Shown here piece after piece: positions 27,011-32,000 of a stretch of 32,000 nt of DNA. The position numbers were made by a program, and so were the translations under genes. The stretch covers positions 30,001 through 62,000 of the forward strand of contig JAWBCC010000004.1 of NCBI GenBank assembly GCA_038823825.1, given 5' to 3'. The stretch is from Candidatus Hadarchaeales archaeon (GTDB lineage Archaea > Hadarchaeota > Hadarchaeia > Hadarchaeales > Hadarchaeaceae). The stretch's first letter is position 1. Each line of letters opens with the position of its first letter. The notes under the pieces are model-generated. The model saw nothing but the letters and a program-made list of their open reading frames with translations, made no database searches and had not been told where the DNA came from.

Positions 27011-27664
27011 ATGGTCGATTCTGTGATGTCTGAAGAGAAGTTGAAATATCTAAAGGGAACCACAACAGTCGGTGTCGTGTGTCGCGATGGGGTGGTTCTG
27101 GCAACCGACAGTAGGGCTACTGCGGGATATCTGATAGCCAGCAAAATTGCAAAAAAAATATACAAAGTTACTGACCACATCGCATTTACGACCGCCGGGG
27201 GGGTGGCGGATACGCAAAAACTGGTAGAATGGCTGAGAGCGGAAGCAGGTTATCATCAAACAAGTTTGGGAAAACCTATGAGTGTGTCTGCCTGCGCTAG
27301 GCTTTTAGCGAATATAATGAACATATACTCGGTATACTATCCCTTCATCGCAAACATCTTGGTTGGCGGGGTTGATCGCTCCGGTCCTCAGTTATATTTT
27401 GTGGACATCGATGGAGGCATGACAAAAGAAACAATGGCCGCAACAGGATCTGGATCTCCAGTCGCTTACGGAATTCTTGAAAATGAAATCGAAGAAGACA
27501 TGCGGGTTAAGGAGGTCCTACCGATTGCCGTTAAAGCCGTCAGAACGGCAATGAAGAGAGATGTCGGAAGCGGTAATACGGTAGCCGCCGGCACGGTGAC
27601 TTGGGAGGAAGGATACCGGGAGCTTTCACCTGAAGAAATTGCGGCCTTACTAACAAAACATTAG
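27011..27664 (+). CDS. psmB: Proteasome beta subunit
   Basis: 'YLKGTTTVGVVCRDGVVLATDSRATAGYLIASKIAKKIYKVTDHIAFTTAGGVADTQ', 'DVGSGNTVAAGTV'. Confidence 0.96.
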   Translation: MVDSVMSEEKLKYLKGTTTVGVVCRDGVVLATDSRATAGYLIASKIAKKIYKVTDHIAFTTAGGVADTQKLVEWLRAEAGYHQTSLGKPMSVSACARLLANIMNIYSVYYPFIANILVGGVDRSGPQLYFVDIDGGMTKETMAATGSGSPVAYGILENEIEEDMRVKEVLPIAVKAVRTAMKRDVGSGNTVAAGTVTWEEGYRELSPEEIAALLTKH

Positions 27665-27673
27665 CTGTTAAAG

Positions 27674-29596
27674 ATGAAACCGAAAAATTCTGTAGAAAAA
27701 TCCGAGGTGCTTGAGGAGATAAAGAAGATTGTTCGAGAAGAGAGCCCATTCGGGTCCTCCGTGCTGGATGTGGACTTCGAGGGTCCCAGAGTCGTCCTCT
27801 ACTGTAAGGACCTGACACCTATTGCCCAGAGCGGGGAAGCTATCAAAGAACTGGCGAAACGCCTGCGCAAGCGAATAATTTTAAGACCCCACCCGAGTCT
27901 TCTGGTCCCGAAAGAAGAAGCCGAGAAAATAATCCGTGAAATCGTTCCGCCCGAAGCCGGAGTAGAAGGCGTAGTTTTCAGCGAAGACGTTGGGGAAGTC
28001 GTGATAGAAGCCAAAAAGCCCGGATTGGCTGTTGGAAAAGATGGAGCAGTTTTGAGAGAAATAATGCACAGAATAGGATGGACGCCGAGGATTGTCCGAG
28101 CACTGCCGGTCGAATCCGATCTTGTCAAGAGCATAAGACTTCTGATGATCCAAACTGGAGCAAGCAGAAGGGAAATTCTCCGCCACATCGGAAGAAGGAT
28201 ATACAGAGGTAGAAAGGCAACAGAACAATGGATAAGAGTAACTTCATTGGGTGGAGCAAGAGAGGTTGGAAGGTCTTGTTTACTGCTGCAAACTGCGGAG
28301 AGTAGCATAATGATTGACTGCGGAATAAACGTCGCATCTGAAGAGAAAGCATATCCCTACGTCAACGCACCAGAACTGGATCTCGACAACTTGGACGCCG
28401 TAGTCATCAGTCACGCACACTTGGATCACTGCGGATATCTGCCAATTCTCTTCAAAATGGGTTATGATGGCCCGGTTTACTGCACGGCGCCAACGAGGGA
28501 CCTCGCTGTTCTTCTCATGCTGGATTTCCTAGAAATTGCGGGAAGAGAAGGTAAAGAGATGCCATACGACAAGCGAGATATATCTAAATTCCTTTCCCAT
28601 ACGATCACGCTTGAATACGGCGACGTGACTGATGTTTCTCCTGACGTCAGGGTTACATTACACAACGCTGGACATATCTTGGGCTCTGCTGTTGTACACT
28701 TCCACATAGGAGATGGACTTTACAACGTGGTCTACACTGGGGACATAAAATTTGATAAAACGAGGCTCTTCTCTCCCGCCGCATATGGTTTTCCGCGAGC
28801 CGAAACCGTGATAATCGAAAGCACCTATGGGGGTCCGCAAGACATCATGCCTACTAGAGAGGAATCCGAGCAAGAGTTCATTAAAACCGTACTTGAAACA
28901 ATCGAGCGTGGAGGCAAAGTTCTGGTTCCGGCATTCTCCGTTGGAAGATCGCAGGAAATCATGGTCTTGCTCGACGAGTATGTCAGACGCGGAGTGATAC
29001 ATGACATTCCGATTTATTTGGATGGAATGATATGGGAGGCCACCACAATACACACCGCCTACCCCGAATATCTGTCGAAGGAGTTGCGCGACCTTATTTT
29101 CAAAGAAGAAGAGAATCCTCTGATATCAGAGATTTTCACTAAAGTCAAAGATGCCGATGCTAGGCAGGAAGTGATAGAAGGACCGCCCTGTGTGATAATA
29201 TCGACCTCTGGTATGATGACTGGTGGCCCGGTTATGGATTATTTCAAGAAGTTGGCTCCGGATCCAAGAAACACGCTCGTTTTTGTCGGGTATCAGGCAG
29301 AGGGATCGCTCGGAAGACGCATTCAAAAGGGCTGGAAAGAAATACCGATAATTGAGGAAGGAAAGATAAAGGAAATCAAGGTTGAAATGGAAGTGAAGAC
29401 TATTGAAGGATTTAGCGGACACTCCGACAGAGACCAGCTTCTTAACTATCTGAAGAGGATAACACCTAAACCGACTAGGGTCATCTGTGTTCATGGAGAA
29501 GAGAGCAAGTGCCTAGCCTTCGCCAGCACCGTTCATAAGCTATTCCGTGTGGAAACGAGAGTTCCCATGAACTTGGAAACCATTAGGTTTTACTGA
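27674..29596 (+). CDS. aCPSF1 / KH-beta-CASP ribonuclease (archaeal transcription-termination nuclease)
   Basis: N-terminal KH segments; metallo-beta-lactamase 'VVISHAHLDHCGYLP'; beta-CASP 'PAFSVGRSQEIMVLL'; 'GFSGHSDRDQLLNYLKRI'; 'VICVHGEESKCLAF'. Confidence 0.96.
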   Translation: MKPKNSVEKSEVLEEIKKIVREESPFGSSVLDVDFEGPRVVLYCKDLTPIAQSGEAIKELAKRLRKRIILRPHPSLLVPKEEAEKIIREIVPPEAGVEGVVFSEDVGEVVIEAKKPGLAVGKDGAVLREIMHRIGWTPRIVRALPVESDLVKSIRLLMIQTGASRREILRHIGRRIYRGRKATEQWIRVTSLGGAREVGRSCLLLQTAESSIMIDCGINVASEEKAYPYVNAPELDLDNLDAVVISHAHLDHCGYLPILFKMGYDGPVYCTAPTRDLAVLLMLDFLEIAGREGKEMPYDKRDISKFLSHTITLEYGDVTDVSPDVRVTLHNAGHILGSAVVHFHIGDGLYNVVYTGDIKFDKTRLFSPAAYGFPRAETVIIESTYGGPQDIMPTREESEQEFIKTVLETIERGGKVLVPAFSVGRSQEIMVLLDEYVRRGVIHDIPIYLDGMIWEATTIHTAYPEYLSKELRDLIFKEEENPLISEIFTKVKDADARQEVIEGPPCVIISTSGMMTGGPVMDYFKKLAPDPRNTLVFVGYQAEGSLGRRIQKGWKEIPIIEEGKIKEIKVEMEVKTIEGFSGHSDRDQLLNYLKRITPKPTRVICVHGEESKCLAFASTVHKLFRVETRVPMNLETIRFY

Positions 29597-30118
29597 CTTC
29601 AAGGGAATCCTTTTAGCGCGGGGATGGATTATTGCGCTCAGGCCACGTTCATCCGATATCACTATAACGGCTGTTCTTTTCCCCTCTTTGATTTCTTCTA
29701 TCATGCGTAACTTTTCCTCACCCTCTCTTTTTTCATCTTCACCTGCGCTTTTCGTTGCCATGAGTATTGCATCAGAAATTCTATTCAAAACTCCCTCTAT
29801 GTTGGACACGAAACCCTGACTGGCCGGGCCGGGATAAACGGTGACTCCTAAGGTTGGGATCGTGATCACACCAGTGCTCGAGCGCACGACTCTAACGGAC
29901 ATATCATCGCTCGATGTTATCTCGAATTCGTAGCGAGCCGGTTCTTTCTCCTCCGTGTGCATTATATCCGCATGCTTGAAGCCGCATGCAGAACAATAAA
30001 CAAGACTTTCAATCGTTTCTCCGAAGTATGGAATGTCATGAATTTTTCCGAGAAAGGTGCAGGTGCCACTACTACCACAAAATGGACATCTTTCTATCGG
30101 AGCCCTGAATTCTCTCAT
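29540..30118 (-). CDS. ZPR1-type zinc-finger protein
   Basis: 'CPFCGSSGTCTFLGKIHDIPYFGETIESLVYCSACGFKHADIM', 'SSTGVITIPTLGVTVYPGPASQGFVSNIEGVL'. Confidence 0.92.
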   Translation of the reverse strand: MREFRAPIERCPFCGSSGTCTFLGKIHDIPYFGETIESLVYCSACGFKHADIMHTEEKEPARYEFEITSSDDMSVRVVRSSTGVITIPTLGVTVYPGPASQGFVSNIEGVLNRISDAILMATKSAGEDEKREGEEKLRMIEEIKEGKRTAVIVISDERGLSAIIHPRAKRIPLKSVKPNGFQVHGNSRFHTE

Positions 30119-30504
30119 TGGGTGCCAGCCTGAACTTCCTTTCTGGAAAGAATTTTCACAAATCTTGGAGTCATTATTATCTTTGTGTCTGTTATCTTTC
30201 CTATATCTCCGCCGATCTTCCTGGCTGATTCTTTTAATTCCTCTATAGCCTGCTTGAGTTCCTCAGGATTTCTCTGCATAACGTCACTGATGTCGATTAT
30301 CAATATGTTTCCTTCTGAAACCTCTTCGGAGATTTTGACGACGTCTGCTATACCACTTAAATCCATGCTCTTGACATACACCGCCTCAAGCTCCGGACCC
30401 GAAGATAAAGAAGATGTCTCAACTTCAGCTATGGGTACCTCACTCATTAATGAGGGGGTTTCTTCCTTTTTCTTCTTTCTGAGCAGTTTATCCAACAGTG
30501 CCAA
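30115..30504 (-). CDS. Archaeal SepF-like cell division protein
   Basis: 'VYVKSMDLSGIADVVKISEEVSEGNILIIDISDVMQRNPEELKQAIEELKESARKIGGDIGKITDTKIIMTP'. Confidence 0.85.
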   Translation of the reverse strand: MALLDKLLRKKKKEETPSLMSEVPIAEVETSSLSSGPELEAVYVKSMDLSGIADVVKISEEVSEGNILIIDISDVMQRNPEELKQAIEELKESARKIGGDIGKITDTKIIMTPRFVKILSRKEVQAGTQ

Positions 30505-30543
30505 TGTTCCACCTTCTTATCCTTATCTGTGTCTTTTAAGTAT

Positions 30544-31026
30544 TTAATGGATGTAGCTTTTAATCGTTTCCCAAAACTCGTCTCCAACGTGGTGAAGATT
30601 CTCCACGATTTTTCCGCTCCTTCCGACGGCCTCTGAGGAGGGAACAAGGGCCTTTCCGACTGCAAGGGCCTTTTGATGTTTTTCCTCGACAACTATCACT
30701 AGATCTCCAGGAGAGAAATCCGTGACCGATTTCACACCTTTTCCCATCACGTCGGCTCCTCTGCAGATTGGGGCAACGGCGCCCATATCCACAACAACGC
30801 GGGCTTTTATCAAATTTTCAGCGATTGGCAAAGGAGGTATGAATTCATTTCCGATCAAAATGAGAAGCGGCTCTCCGGATGAGAATATGAGCTTACCCTT
30901 CGAAAATTCCCATACTTCAACATCGTGCTTGGATATCCTGCAGGCGATGTCGGGAAGAGTGGCACTAACTAGTTGTGAAAGCTCGCGAATTTTGTCCTTT
31001 CTCAGATGGTATCTTTTGATCTCCAT
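30544..31026 (-). CDS. PUA-domain RNA-binding protein (archaeal MCT-1-like)
   Basis: 'RVVVDMGAVAPICRGADVMGKGVKSVTDFSPGDLVIVVEEKHQKALAVGKALVPSSEAV...GKIVENLHHVGDEFW'. Confidence 0.9.
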   Translation of the reverse strand: MEIKRYHLRKDKIRELSQLVSATLPDIACRISKHDVEVWEFSKGKLIFSSGEPLLILIGNEFIPPLPIAENLIKARVVVDMGAVAPICRGADVMGKGVKSVTDFSPGDLVIVVEEKHQKALAVGKALVPSSEAVGRSGKIVENLHHVGDEFWETIKSYIH

Positions 31027-31090
31027 CTTTTCGTGAAATCTGGATGACGATGCTTAAAAATCTCTTTTTCCGAATAAAAATCAGAAAAAC

Positions 31091-31100
31091 GCTTAAATAA
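31091..31100 (+). promoter_or_regulatory. Candidate TATA box upstream of the Sm-like/L37e gene pair
   Basis: GCTTAAATAA centred about 30 bp upstream of ATG 31126, suitable for a leaderless or very short leader transcript. Confidence 0.4.
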
Positions 31101-31125
31101 ATAGCGCACGAGAAGAGATGACAAC

Positions 31126-31350
31126 ATGCCTGAAAAACCGTTCGATGCTCTCGGCAGGGCGCTGGGATCAATTGTGCTTGTGGGAGTCAAGGGTGGAAAA
31201 GAGTTTAGAGGGAAACTCGCGGGATTCGACGTTCACGTCAACATCGTATTGGACGAAGCTGAGGAACTTCTGAATGGTGAGGTTAAAAGAAGGTACGGGA
31301 AGCTCATCATAAGAGGGGATAATGTCGTTTATGTCTCGCCTGGGGTGTGA
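31126..31350 (+). CDS. Sm-like (LSm) RNA-binding protein
   Basis: 'LGRALGSIVLVGVKGGKEFRGKLAGFDVHVNIVLDEAEEL...KLIIRGDNVVYVSP' Sm1/Sm2 motifs. Confidence 0.94.
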   Translation: MPEKPFDALGRALGSIVLVGVKGGKEFRGKLAGFDVHVNIVLDEAEELLNGEVKRRYGKLIIRGDNVVYVSPGV

Positions 31351-31356
31351 TGCTCA

Positions 31357-31548
31357 ATGGTAAAAGGAACTCCATCAATGGGTAAGAGACACAAAGTCAC
31401 ACACTTAAGATGTCGGAGGTGTGGTAGAAGGGCGTACCATGCACAGAAGAAGGTTTGCGCAGCCTGTGGTTTTGGGAGATCTAGAAGAATTCTGAGCTAT
31501 AACTGGAAAAACAAAAAAGTTATGGGAAAGAGAGAAAGACTTCGCTAG
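31357..31548 (+). CDS. rpl37e: 50S ribosomal protein L37e
   Basis: '[50 protein letters not shown]'. Confidence 0.96.
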   Translation: MVKGTPSMGKRHKVTHLRCRRCGRRAYHAQKKVCAACGFGRSRRILSYNWKNKKVMGKRERLR

Positions 31549-31992
31549 TTATTTCACGATAACCTCTCCGCCGTAGAGGTCTACAACGATTATTTCGTCT
31601 TCAAAAATTCTGAAAAGGATATATTCGCAGGCATAGTTTTCGTTTAGGCTTTTCTCCAGATCTTCGGAGTTTTCCGTGTTTTCAAGCATTTCTTCCGCCA
31701 GCCTTGCAAGATGCTCAAGTCTTAGATATCGCGGAGATGCTCCGGCTTCTACCCTGAGACCGATGACCTCTGCTCCAGAAACGTGAACAAGTCTAGAAGG
31801 TATGAAAACAGAAATCCGAAGACTTCCGTCCGGCAACCACATAAGATTCAAAGAATTTTCGGCGATAGGGTAAACTACGATTTGTCTGAAACCCGAGTAT
31901 TCCCAGCCGGATTGAATGCGTGAGTTGATATGGGAGATTATTTTCTCCTTAATTTCCGATGAGACTTCACCCTGTCTGCCGCTTTCATACAT
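31549..31992 (-). CDS. Hypothetical protein
   Basis: 147 aa ORF on the minus strand; stop abuts the L37e stop; no family recognised. Confidence 0.6.
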   Translation of the reverse strand: MYESGRQGEVSSEIKEKIISHINSRIQSGWEYSGFRQIVVYPIAENSLNLMWLPDGSLRISVFIPSRLVHVSGAEVIGLRVEAGASPRYLRLEHLARLAEEMLENTENSEDLEKSLNENYACEYILFRIFEDEIIVVDLYGGEVIVK

Positions 31993-32000
31993 TGCGGTGA

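Noticed and set aside
27799-28308. 169-aa minus-strand ORF
   Set aside because: Antisense of the aCPSF1 KH region; no independent signal.
1-32000. CRISPR arrays, transposons, tRNA or rRNA genes, prophage
   Set aside because: No direct-repeat/spacer pattern, transposase motifs or cloverleaf candidates seen by eye. Intergenic gaps are mostly under 110 bp, leaving little room; tRNAscan-SE and a CRISPR finder should confirm.

Overview
This 32 kb window is gene-dense archaeal chromosome with no rRNA, tRNA or CRISPR visible. It carries archaeal and eukaryote-like core genes: Nob1 (partial), NAD kinase, aIF5A, a small histone-fold protein, PanB, an HPS-like protein, Topo VI A/B, a KH protein, Tsr3, Sec61-beta, HtpX, G1P dehydrogenase, proteasome beta, aCPSF1, ZPR1, SepF-like, PUA, Sm-like and L37e. 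It also carries a eukaryotic-type DNA topoisomerase IB with all five catalytic residues. A Tad/archaellum-type ATPase plus membrane-platform operon lies at about 11.75-16.13 kb, with several unassigned small genes. TopoIB beside Topo VI hints at an Aigarchaeota/Thaumarchaeota/Bathyarchaeota-like lineage (inference only). The most unusual region is about 16.7-22.3 kb. There, a split ADP-forming acyl-CoA-synthetase-like pair, a dihydroorotase/hydantoinase-like protein, an SsnA-like amidohydrolase and a PreA-like 4Fe-4S protein keep their folds, but appear to have lost or changed canonical catalytic or metal-binding residues. Two CoA-related genes (CoA-transferase-GNAT fusion and the ATP-grasp protein) also have conserved N-termini extending upstream of any ATG/GTG/TTG start codon.
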